Assembly: GCA_965214935.1 (NCBI GenBank)
Contig: CBDCCS010000027.1
Span: 1 to 41,486 of the forward strand
From: Candidatus Velthaea sp.
GTDB lineage: Bacteria > Vulcanimicrobiota > Vulcanimicrobiia > Vulcanimicrobiales > Vulcanimicrobiaceae
Reading direction: 5' to 3'
DNA: 41,486 bases
Position numbers and translations under genes: made by a program. Positions within the stretch are counted from its first letter, which is position 1. The number at the start of each line of letters is the position of its first letter. This document shows positions 28,605 through 37,203 of this stretch, one piece after another. The notes under the pieces were generated by a model that saw only the letters and a list, made by a program, of their open reading frames with translations, was not told where the DNA came from and did no database searches.

Positions 28605-29443
28605 CGGTCGGGTCGCAGCCGGGGCTTTGGCAGCGCAACGGAGCGGAATCGCACGTGGCGGAAGTCATCGCGCCCGGGGTGGTCCTGCTCGCCGTGGCCG
28701 ACGGTTTCGGCAGCGTACGCGGCACGCCGGTTGCCGCGGTTACCGTCCACACCGTACGCGATGCGCTGCGACGGAAGATCCGCGCCGATACGCGCGATCC
28801 TCGATCGCACCTGATGTCGGCCTTCTCGGCGGCCAACGCGCGCGTTTTTGCCCAGACCGGGAGCACCGACGATTTTGTGGCCGGCGGTGCTTCGCTAACC
28901 GCCGCATTGATGATCGACGATCACGCATATATCGCGCACGTCGGACAAGCGCGAGCGTATCTATGTCGTGACGGCGCGCTTTCGGCGTTGACCGAAGATG
29001 ATTCGTTGGGTGGTGACGAGTGGGCAACTGCTCGGACGCATGTACCGACCGAGGCGCGTACCGGAAACTTATTGACCCGAACGCTCGGTACCCAAGCGAC
29101 GCTCGAAGCCAGCGTCATGCACGTGCGCCTGATGCATGCCGACGCGCTGATGCTAACGACGGGCGGCGTTCACGCCGTCGTAACTCCGGATGAGATGCTC
29201 TACGCCCTTCAATCAGCGAATAGCTCGAGCGATGTCGCGTCCCGGATGCTCGAATTGCTTAAATTGCGCGGCGCGCCGCACGGCGGCACCGTCATCATCG
29301 GCCGGGCCTTGACCGAGCGCGCCGCGCCGGCAAGTGATGGTTTTCGACCCGCGACAATGCGCACGGCCATCGTCGCACTCGCGGCCCTGCTGGCCGCCAC
29401 GTTCGTGGCAATCGTCGTGCTGCACGCCGTTTTTGCTCCGTAG
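28595..29443 (+). CDS. PP2C/PPM-fold protein with C-terminal TM helix, catalytically degenerate
   Basis: LAVADGFG, AHVGQARAYL, LTEDDS, NLLTRTLG show the PstP/PrpC fold; three metal-binding Asp motifs are missing. Confidence 0.85.
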   Translation: MEIAVGSQPGLWQRNGAESHVAEVIAPGVVLLAVADGFGSVRGTPVAAVTVHTVRDALRRKIRADTRDPRSHLMSAFSAANARVFAQTGSTDDFVAGGASLTAALMIDDHAYIAHVGQARAYLCRDGALSALTEDDSLGGDEWATARTHVPTEARTGNLLTRTLGTQATLEASVMHVRLMHADALMLTTGGVHAVVTPDEMLYALQSANSSSDVASRMLELLKLRGAPHGGTVIIGRALTERAAPASDGFRPATMRTAIVALAALLAATFVAIVVLHAVFAP

Positions 29444-30746
29444 GTTCGGCGCGGCGATGCCGATGGGCGTCGCGCTGGGGCTCGCATGGACGTTCTTCCA
29501 TCTTGCAAGCCCGGCGGCGGTCGGATCGCAGCCGCTGCTGGGCGGACTCGCCGCCGCTGCGTTACTCTGGGTGCTGACGGCACCGCCGAACGTTCGGCGC
29601 GACAACACCTTGCCCGCACTCGCGGTGTTGCTTTCCGCTCTGGGCTTACTCGCGGTTGCGCGAATTTCACCGCAATTAGCGCAGCGTCAAACAATCTGGC
29701 TGGCGTTTTCGCTCGCGCTGGCGATCGTGCTGGGACCCGCCTTTCGCCGCTTTCGCGGGCTCGCGGCCTACAAGTACATTTGGATTTTACTAGCGATCGC
29801 GTTATTCGTCGCGCTTGCGGTCTTTGGACAGGAAGTGAACGGCGCAAAGCTGTGGATCCGCGCCGGCGGCATTCAGTTCGAGCCGGTCGAAGTGATCAAG
29901 TTGCTCGTTGTCTTGTTCATGGCGTCGTATCTCGCCGAAACGGCCGACGTCATCGCGCGGACGCGGCTCTGGTCCTTACGAGCCAACGCCAAATACCTCG
30001 GCCCGCTGTTCATCGGCTGGGGCGCCTCGATGGCGATTTTAGTGTTCGAGCACGATCTCGGCATGGCGACCTTGCTGCTCGCGACATTCGCTGCAATGCT
30101 CTACGTGGCAACGCGGCGCCTCGACCTCATCGCGGGCGGGGCCGCCGTTTTCGCGGTGTCCGCGTATCTTGCGGCGACGCATTATTCATACGTACGCGCG
30201 CGGATCGCCGTGTGGCAGCACCCGTTTGCCGATCCATTCGGCGCCGGTTATCAAACCGTGCAATCGCTGTTCTCGTTAGCTGCGGGCGGTATTTTTGGAA
30301 CCGGCTACAATTTAGGCCGGCCGGATTACATCCCGAGCGTCGCGACGGATTATATTTATGCGGCATGGAGCGAAGAGTGGGGTGCCGTCGGCGCGATCGC
30401 CGTGTGCGTCGCATTTTTAGCGCTCGTTCGCCGCTCGCTGCGGGTCGCCCAACGTCAGCCCGATCTATACGCGAAGCTACTCGCAACCGGGTTAGCCGTC
30501 ACGCTCGGCTTTCAGGTGTTCATCATCATCGGCGGCGTCTTACGCTTATTTCCGCTGACCGGAATAACGCTGCCGTTTTTTTCCTACGGCGGAAGTTCGC
30601 TTGTGACCAACTACGTGCTCGTTGCATTCGTTTGGGCGATCTCGAGCGAGCCGCGACGGATTGAACCTTCGATGGCTTCCGGCGAAAAGCTGTTCGTCGA
30701 GCGCCGAACGACTGCGGCGTCCGATCGAGCAACGTCGTCAAATTAA
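29433..30746 (+). CDS. rodA: SEDS peptidoglycan glycosyltransferase (RodA/FtsW family)
   Basis: VNGAKLWI, FEPVEVIK, DLG, GYQTVQSL, ATDYIY, PLTGITLPFFSYGGSS. Start is TTG 29433 or ATG 29457; the rodA name is based on synteny. Confidence 0.92.
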   Translation: MLRRFGAAMPMGVALGLAWTFFHLASPAAVGSQPLLGGLAAAALLWVLTAPPNVRRDNTLPALAVLLSALGLLAVARISPQLAQRQTIWLAFSLALAIVLGPAFRRFRGLAAYKYIWILLAIALFVALAVFGQEVNGAKLWIRAGGIQFEPVEVIKLLVVLFMASYLAETADVIARTRLWSLRANAKYLGPLFIGWGASMAILVFEHDLGMATLLLATFAAMLYVATRRLDLIAGGAAVFAVSAYLAATHYSYVRARIAVWQHPFADPFGAGYQTVQSLFSLAAGGIFGTGYNLGRPDYIPSVATDYIYAAWSEEWGAVGAIAVCVAFLALVRRSLRVAQRQPDLYAKLLATGLAVTLGFQVFIIIGGVLRLFPLTGITLPFFSYGGSSLVTNYVLVAFVWAISSEPRRIEPSMASGEKLFVERRTTAASDRATSSN

Positions 30747-30918
30747 ACGGCTCGCCGGCGCAGGCGTCGAACACGGTTTAGCGTCGCGGGTCGCTGAGAC
30801 GACTCGCCGGAGCCGGCTGATGCCGAACGCGCATGTGTGCGCAACCGATTTACGTACGGCGAGCGGTTCGCGGTTGAAGCGATGCGGTTGCAGACCGGGC
30901 CTTGCAGACAGTTGCGTC

Positions 30919-31557
30919 TTATGGAACTTCGTGTGTGCCGACGACCGTTGCTGCGGCGATTGCCGCGTTGCGTAACGCGGCGATCAGTTGTTTTTTTCCG
31001 GCCGGACGATCGAACGTAAGCCGCTCCCGCACGGCGAAGAGTTGAAACACGTAGTGATGTGGACCGTGGCCCGGGATCGGCGTCGGCGGAAGAAACGCCC
31101 GGCCGCCGGCGCCGCGACCGACGGTGATTTCAGGGTCGTGATTGTTACGTTGCGCGGGCGGCGGTATCGAACCGGCACCGAGCAGCGCGCGTCCCGGATC
31201 GATGCCGTACGCGACTGCATGCACCAGCGGGACCGGAAGCGGAGCGTCTCGGTCTTCGACGATGAGCGCCAGCTCGACCGTGCCGGTCGGGACACCGCGC
31301 CAACGTAAAGGCGGCTGTCGTCCAAGCGCGCCGACATACGCCGCGCCCATCGGTCCGCCGTCGGCGAACCCGTCGCTCGTCAGCTCGAAATGCGGTAACG
31401 CTCGCAGGATCGGATCGTTCGATGCAAGGCGGGAGCCGCCGCTCCGAACGTTGCGCAACAATCGGCCGATTCGATTCGATCCGGAGCCTTTGCGCGGCCG
31501 CGGCCAAAGCACGATGCCGACGGCTGCTGCGGCGGCAACCGCGTACACGCGTTTCAT
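30919..31557 (-). CDS. YbhB/YbcL (PEBP, Raf kinase inhibitor-like) family protein with N-terminal hydrophobic segment
   Basis: PPLRW, LALIVEDRDAP, VH, PPTPIPGHGPHHYVFQLFA. Confidence 0.9.
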   Translation of the reverse strand: MKRVYAVAAAAAVGIVLWPRPRKGSGSNRIGRLLRNVRSGGSRLASNDPILRALPHFELTSDGFADGGPMGAAYVGALGRQPPLRWRGVPTGTVELALIVEDRDAPLPVPLVHAVAYGIDPGRALLGAGSIPPPAQRNNHDPEITVGRGAGGRAFLPPTPIPGHGPHHYVFQLFAVRERLTFDRPAGKKQLIAALRNAAIAAATVVGTHEVP

Positions 31558-31563
31558 AGCGGC

Positions 31564-31569
31564 ATTGTA
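31564..31569 (-). promoter_or_regulatory. -10 hexamer TACAAT 6 nt upstream of the ybhB-like ATG (leaderless geometry)
   Basis: Minus strand TACAAT-gccgct-ATG; no Shine-Dalgarno. Confidence 0.5.
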
Positions 31570-31660
31570 CCCGTATCGCGGCGGCAGACCTCGCAGGTAA
31601 CGGGGCAGCGGCGGATTAAACGCGCGATCCGCAGCAGCCGTGTACACTATTCGCCGGCTA

Positions 31661-31666
31661 TACAAT
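31661..31666 (+). promoter_or_regulatory. -10 hexamer TACAAT for the AKR-fucU pair
   Basis: TACAAT followed by AAGGAG RBS and ATG 31684. Confidence 0.5.
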
Positions 31667-31683
31667 GCGACAAGGAGCTTGAG

Positions 31684-32709
31684 ATGCACGTTCGCGAGTC
31701 CGGCCCGGTCGATCCGCAGCTCGTGCCGTTTCGGACGCTTGCGAACGGCGCGCGCATTCCGGCGATCGGTCTTGGTACGTTCGGTTCCGATTCCGTTGCC
31801 GCGCAAGATATTGCCGCAGCGGTCTATGGTGCCGCGCAGGTCGGCTATCGGCATTTCGATTGTGCGTCGGTGTATGGAAACGAAGCGCTCGTCGGGACGG
31901 CATTCGCGAAGATGTGGGCCGGCGGTTTATCGCGCGACGAATGCTGGATTACCTCGAAGCTGTGGAACGACAAGCATGCTCCGGACGACGTGGCTGCAGC
32001 GTGCGAGCAGTCACTGCGCGAGCTCGGTCTTCAATACCTCGACTTGTATTTGGTGCATTGGCCGTTTCCGAATTTCCATCCGATCGGTTGCGACGTCTCA
32101 TCGCGCAGTCCCGATGCCAAGCCGTACGTTCACGAACGCTTTATGCAGACGTGGCAAGCGATGGAAGCGCTGGTAAGGCGCGGCCTCGTGCGCCATATCG
32201 GCACCTCGAACATGACGATCCCCAAGCTTCGCAAACTGCTGCCCGACGTATCGATTCGACCGGCTTGTAACGAACTCGAACTGCATCCGCATTTCGCGCA
32301 ACCCGAATTGTTCGCGTTTCTGCAAAACGAACGTATCGTACCGATCGGGTTTAGTCCGCTCGGTTCACCCGGTCGTCCCGAGCGCGACCGGACCGACGAC
32401 GATACCTCGCCGTTGACCGACCCCGTTATCGTCGCCATCGCGGCCGCGCACGGTGCGCACCCGGCGGAAATCTGTTGCAAATGGGCCGTTCAACGCGGAC
32501 AGATACCGATTCCGTTTTCAACGAAAGCTCGTAATTACACGGCCAACCTGCGGGCGGTGACGGGCGATCCGTTAAGTGAAGCGGAGATGAACCGGATCGC
32601 GGCGGCCGATCGCAACTGCCGCTTGATCAAAGGCCACGTTTTCCTCTGGAAGGAGAACCAAACGTGGCACGATCTATGGGATGAAAGCGGCCAGATCACG
32701 CCCGCGTAA
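31684..32709 (+). CDS. Aldo/keto reductase (aldose/xylose reductase-like)
   Basis: IGLGT, FDCASVY, ITSKLW, LDLYLVHWP (D-Y-K-H tetrad), IGTSN, FSPLG. Confidence 0.95.
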   Translation: MHVRESGPVDPQLVPFRTLANGARIPAIGLGTFGSDSVAAQDIAAAVYGAAQVGYRHFDCASVYGNEALVGTAFAKMWAGGLSRDECWITSKLWNDKHAPDDVAAACEQSLRELGLQYLDLYLVHWPFPNFHPIGCDVSSRSPDAKPYVHERFMQTWQAMEALVRRGLVRHIGTSNMTIPKLRKLLPDVSIRPACNELELHPHFAQPELFAFLQNERIVPIGFSPLGSPGRPERDRTDDDTSPLTDPVIVAIAAAHGAHPAEICCKWAVQRGQIPIPFSTKARNYTANLRAVTGDPLSEAEMNRIAAADRNCRLIKGHVFLWKENQTWHDLWDESGQITPA

Positions 32710-32748
32710 TGCGGCACCGTCGCGCGAGCGCGCAAAGGCACGGCACGT

Positions 32749-33192
32749 ATGTTAAAGGGGATCTCGCCCTACATTAGCCCCGAATTACTCGCGGTCTTAG
32801 CCGAAATGGGGCACGGCGACGAACTCGTTCTCGCCGACGCGAATTTTCCGGGCGCCACGGTCGCAAAACGCTTGTTGCGCGCCGACGGTATTTCCGTCTC
32901 CGTTATGCTCGCTGCCATCATGCCGCTTTTCGCGCTCGACACGTATGCCGAGCCGCTAACGATGATGCAAGTCGTGAGCGGCGATGAAGTCGATCCGGCC
33001 GTCGAGGCCGATTTCATGCGCGTCATCGCACGCCATGATAAAGATGCGCCGCAACCCGTGCGAATCGAGCGCTTCGCCTTTTACGAGCGCGCGCGCGATG
33101 CGTTCGCCGTACTCATGACGGGCGAAGCCCGCAAGTACGGTAATCTCATCCTGCGCAAAGGCGTGATCTTACCGCCGGCTTCGTCCGGTTAA
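32749..33192 (+). CDS. fucU: L-fucose mutarotase (RbsD/FucU family)
   Basis: MLKGISP...EMGHGDELVLADANFP, ERFAFYERA, TGEARKYGNLILRKGV. Confidence 0.93.
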   Translation: MLKGISPYISPELLAVLAEMGHGDELVLADANFPGATVAKRLLRADGISVSVMLAAIMPLFALDTYAEPLTMMQVVSGDEVDPAVEADFMRVIARHDKDAPQPVRIERFAFYERARDAFAVLMTGEARKYGNLILRKGVILPPASSG

Positions 33193-33213
33193 AGCGCAAC
33201 GCGAACCGGGCGT

Positions 33214-33411
33214 TTACGATCCGGAGTTCGGTCGCTTGAATAGCGTGCGGAACAGTTCTTTAACGCCCGGCGTGTCGCGGCGGTCGCTTTTGCGCCGGTC
33301 GATCGTCACGGCCTGCGTGACGACGCGGCGATCGCCGCGCCGGCGAACCGGCTCTTCGACCGGCGTGATATCCGACGGTGCGTTGCTCTCTGGATTCGAC
33401 ATATCGTTCAT
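33214..33411 (-). CDS. Small hypothetical protein with RRxxDRR repeats
   Basis: GGAG upstream of ATG; 65 aa containing RRRGDRR and DRRKSDRR, with an amphipathic C-terminal segment. Confidence 0.6.
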   Translation of the reverse strand: MNDMSNPESNAPSDITPVEEPVRRRGDRRVVTQAVTIDRRKSDRRDTPGVKELFRTLFKRPNSGS

Positions 33412-33715
33412 TATCGGCAGCTCCGGTGCGACTCTTTACGCTCGACCGCGCGAACACTGACGCGCCGTCCGAGCGGAGGTGTACGGTAACGATGCCCGAG
33501 CGCGCCTGTCAGACCAAGCTGCAGCGACTGGAAACGAGCAGGCCTAAAGCGCGTTTAGGCTTCCGGTTCGAGACGCACGCGAGGTGGGAGCTTTCGAGCG
33601 TGCTTACCGGTTAGCCGAAGTCGACGTCCCCGGCCGTGGCCGTCCCGGCGCTCCGCCCGGGCGCCGTTCAACGCGTGACCTCGCCCGCGCTGCGTTCCGG
33701 CTGCCGTCGGCGTTT

Positions 33716-35935
33716 TTATGGGTGGACGCGCCGGCGCATATTCCAGCGCTTTACTCGGCGCCGCGAGCGTTGCGCCGCCCGCGCCACGTGCGCCTGATGC
33801 ATTAGACCGGAGATGCTGTTGACGCTGTCGACCATTAAATCGGTCTCGGAAACGAGCACGCCCGCTTCCACCGCTCGATCGTCGAGTAACTGCGTCCGTA
33901 GCGCTATTTGGAGATCGCGCAGCGGCGGAAGGGAAGGTGGCTCGTCGAGATTTCGCAACGCGGCGGCGAGTCCGGCGAGCGTCTCATCGAGAGCCGAGCG
34001 TAACGCCGGCAATGCCGGATGATCGAATGTCGCGGCGCGCGTAAGACGCGCCTGTAAGGTCAATGCCGCTAAGCTGTAGCGCCGCGCTGCCGAGAGGATA
34101 CCCAGCGCGGACCGAACGCCGATCGTTCGTGCATGCACGGGTTCGGCGAGCATGCGATCGACGGACGCCTCCGCGTTCGCCCGCGCGAGCCGGGCCCGCA
34201 GTTGAATGGCGAAGAGTTCCCGCTCGTCGCGCGCATTTGGATCGCTGTAACCGGCCAAGACGCCGTTGCCGTAGGCGGCCACGCGTTCGACATACGTTGC
34301 AAGCTCGACCGAAACCCGTTCGCGCTCCCACGCCGGCCACAGTGCGTACGCCAGCAATGCCAGCACGCCCCCGACGATCGACGCCGAAAGCCGTTCGACG
34401 ACCGCCGTATGCTCTGCTAAACCGCCGAATGCCAGCAGAAATATCACATATGCCGTCACCCCGACGGAGAACAAAGCGAAATTCGCAGCGACCGTGAGAT
34501 ACGCAACGCCGGCGGCGAACAGCGCTAGGAGTAAGTATGTTTCGGGTGCCGGGCGGAGCAACAGCGCGATCAGCGATGCTGCCAGCGCACCCAGAAAGGT
34601 GCCCGACATGCGGGCGATACCGCGCATGAACGTTGCCCCGAAGTCCGGCCGCAAGACGATCGCGGCGGTTAGCGGTATCCAATATGCGCGCGGCAGCGGA
34701 AGCGTATGTTCCAGCGTACATGCCGCGAGCAAGGTCAACCCGACCCGGACCGCATGCCGCCCGAACGGCGATTTGAGCGTGGCGTTCGCGCGCAGCGTTG
34801 CCAGTGCATCGCTAACGACGCTGGGATGAAACAGCCGCGCCGCAGCCGACTCCGAGGGTGGTCCGGGATTGGGCTGATCCGGAGCTTTGCCGGCTCGCCA
34901 CCCGGCGCGAAGTTGTCCGGTTAATGCGCGCCCGTCGCCGACGGACTGACGCAAGATACCATAGTCGGCCGAGCCGGTAGGTACAGAGCGCAGCGCCGTT
35001 TCGAGGGTGACGATGTCGCGGTCGAGCGCCGTCCAAGTCGCAGCTAGGTCGTCCGGCGCGCGTGCCTCCGTCAACGCATCGGCAATCTCGACGAGGACAT
35101 CGCGGGCGTGGGTGCTCAAAGTAACGAGGGCTTGAGCGGGGGCGGCAAGGCCATGTGACGCCAGCGTATAGCGATCGGTGGACACCGCGGCGATCGTCGC
35201 TCGTAAACGCTCGGCTTGAACGAGGAGCGCCTCGAAGATCGCCGTTTCCCCGCGTCTGGCAAACGGCTGCGGGTCGGCAAGCGTACTCTTTACCAGTTGC
35301 AATGTCTGCGCGTTCGGCGATTCGAGGCTGCGCTCGGCGATGTTTCCCGAAAAGTCGGCTAACGCGCGATAGGCGCGCTGAAGTACCGTCCGCTCGGCGG
35401 AAAAGCGCTGCAGCGGCCAAACGAGGACCAGCAGGATGGTTTGCAGGACACCGCCGGCAACGACCAGCAACGCCTGCTGCTCGGCCTGTGCCCCGCTAAA
35501 GCCGATCTTGCTGAAAACGATCAGTGCCACGAGCGATTGAAGGCCGACGATGTTGGCGGCATTTCCGAGCGCCGACAGAAGTCCGAAACCGATGCCCCAG
35601 ATGACGGTGACGGTGACGTTTAGGACGGCGCTTTCGCCGGTCAGACTGCCGACTAGCGCGCCGGCACCCGTTGCTGCTGCGGTGAACAGCATGATCGCCG
35701 CGCGGGTACGGTAAACGCCTTGGCGCGAGGCGAAACCGACGACTTGCGCACCCAGGGCGGCCGAGACGCCCGAGAGCGGGTGCGCGGCCAGTAACGCGAC
35801 GACGAGCGGAATTGCGACGCCGATGGTGCACCGCAGTGCGTAAAGCGGCTCGATGGACGCGGAGTCGACGCGAACGATATCTTTGACGAAACGACGAAAA
35901 AACGACGAGGCGGGCACCGGGCGATGTTCGCGCAC
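33716..35935 (-). CDS. FUSC family (YccS/fusaric acid resistance-like) membrane transporter
   Basis: Two hydrophobic bundles; RHAVR, AYWIPLTAAIVLRPDFGATFMRGIARMSGT, LWP motifs. Confidence 0.9.
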   Translation of the reverse strand: MREHRPVPASSFFRRFVKDIVRVDSASIEPLYALRCTIGVAIPLVVALLAAHPLSGVSAALGAQVVGFASRQGVYRTRAAIMLFTAAATGAGALVGSLTGESAVLNVTVTVIWGIGFGLLSALGNAANIVGLQSLVALIVFSKIGFSGAQAEQQALLVVAGGVLQTILLVLVWPLQRFSAERTVLQRAYRALADFSGNIAERSLESPNAQTLQLVKSTLADPQPFARRGETAIFEALLVQAERLRATIAAVSTDRYTLASHGLAAPAQALVTLSTHARDVLVEIADALTEARAPDDLAATWTALDRDIVTLETALRSVPTGSADYGILRQSVGDGRALTGQLRAGWRAGKAPDQPNPGPPSESAAARLFHPSVVSDALATLRANATLKSPFGRHAVRVGLTLLAACTLEHTLPLPRAYWIPLTAAIVLRPDFGATFMRGIARMSGTFLGALAASLIALLLRPAPETYLLLALFAAGVAYLTVAANFALFSVGVTAYVIFLLAFGGLAEHTAVVERLSASIVGGVLALLAYALWPAWERERVSVELATYVERVAAYGNGVLAGYSDPNARDERELFAIQLRARLARANAEASVDRMLAEPVHARTIGVRSALGILSAARRYSLAALTLQARLTRAATFDHPALPALRSALDETLAGLAAALRNLDEPPSLPPLRDLQIALRTQLLDDRAVEAGVLVSETDLMVDSVNSISGLMHQAHVARAAQRSRRRVKRWNMRRRVHP

Positions 35936-35990
35936 GTACGACCGTTGGCCTCATCGGCGAGGGATTTTTGACCGCCCGGCAAGCGCTCGG

Positions 35991-37103
35991 CTATGCGATG
36001 TTTACGTACACGCGATTCCGCCCGCGCATTTTCGCTTCGTAGAGAGCGGCGTCCGCACGGGCCAGCGTCGGGCCGAAAAAAGCCGCATCTTTTTCGGCCG
36101 CCGTCACGCCGATACTTACCGTACAGGTGACCACGGCGTCGTCGATCGGCACGCTCAAATCGCCGATGCGCCGGCGTAGGCGCTCGGCTAGCAATTCGGC
36201 CCCGGCAAGATCGGTTTCCGGCAGCAAGATTGCAAATTCTTCGCCGCCGACGCGGCCGACTAAGTCGGTCACGCGCGTGCCGGAGAAGAGCAGCTCACTC
36301 AATGCCTTGAGAATCGTGTCGCCGGCGGCGTTCCCATGCGCCTTATTGATCGGATCGAGCTGGTCGGGATCGATCATCAACAATGACAGCGGTCGTTGAT
36401 AGCGATTGGCTTTGTGAATTTCCACGGCGCCGCGATCTTGAAAGCTGCGCCGGTTGAGCGTTCCGGTGAGCGGGTCGGTCGTCGCGGCTTGGTTCAATGC
36501 CGCAAAATCAGCGGCGAGTCGCCGGCTGCGACGTAGTGCCGGTGCGACCGCTCCGGCAGCTTGAAAAACAAGTGCCGCCGACAGCGCGATGAAAACGACG
36601 ATACTGCCTGCCCGGAGGGCGCCGACGTGCGCTTGCGTACGAGCTTCCGCCACGTGCACGGCCGCTGCAAGGCGGTCGGCGATCGGACGGCGCGCGGCGC
36701 GGATCGCTGCCGCGACCGTATCAGCCTGCGGATCGCCGGGTGCAAGCGCGTCAAGCCGGCGTGCATCGGCTAGATACCGCACGATCGGCGTGCCGGCTGC
36801 AACCGGTACGTCCGCCTGCGTCAGCGCGCCGATCGCCGCACGCAAGTCGGTGCGAACGCCGGCCTCGCCGCTGCGGTACTGAGCGCTAAGCGCAGCGATC
36901 GTTTGAACCAAACTGCGCTCGGTCTCGATCGAACGCAGCGACGCTGCACTGGTCTGCTGCAGTCCGATCGCCGATGTAAGAAGCACCAACGACGCGATTG
37001 CAAGGATGGCAACGGTTCCGGCGGCCAGCGCACCGGTAAGAGCGAGGCGGTAAAGCCCGGCGGGCGACGGGCCCGCGGCTGTCGACGGTTCGGTTGCGGA
37101 CAT
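35991..37103 (-). CDS. Membrane-anchored GGDEF-domain protein (2 TM, GGEEF, RxxD I-site)
   Basis: TDPLTGTLNRR, RVTDLVGRVGGEEF, SIG, ADAALYEAK...GRN. Start placed at ATG 37103. Confidence 0.92.
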   Translation of the reverse strand: MSATEPSTAAGPSPAGLYRLALTGALAAGTVAILAIASLVLLTSAIGLQQTSAASLRSIETERSLVQTIAALSAQYRSGEAGVRTDLRAAIGALTQADVPVAAGTPIVRYLADARRLDALAPGDPQADTVAAAIRAARRPIADRLAAAVHVAEARTQAHVGALRAGSIVVFIALSAALVFQAAGAVAPALRRSRRLAADFAALNQAATTDPLTGTLNRRSFQDRGAVEIHKANRYQRPLSLLMIDPDQLDPINKAHGNAAGDTILKALSELLFSGTRVTDLVGRVGGEEFAILLPETDLAGAELLAERLRRRIGDLSVPIDDAVVTCTVSIGVTAAEKDAAFFGPTLARADAALYEAKMRGRNRVYVNIA

Positions 37104-37203
37104 GCGGTACCCCGGACGGAACGTTAGGCATTCCATCGGCGGGACGCCGGCGGCGTTTAGCCGGCGGAGCGTTTTGATCGCAGATCTTTGCAATAGCTGC
37201 TGC

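Noticed and set aside
30748..30815. Cloverleaf-like fold containing GTTCGA on the minus strand (tRNA or tRNA-Sec?)
   Set aside because: No pairing T-stem, no anticodon arm and no CCA; likely GC-rich hairpins between convergent genes.
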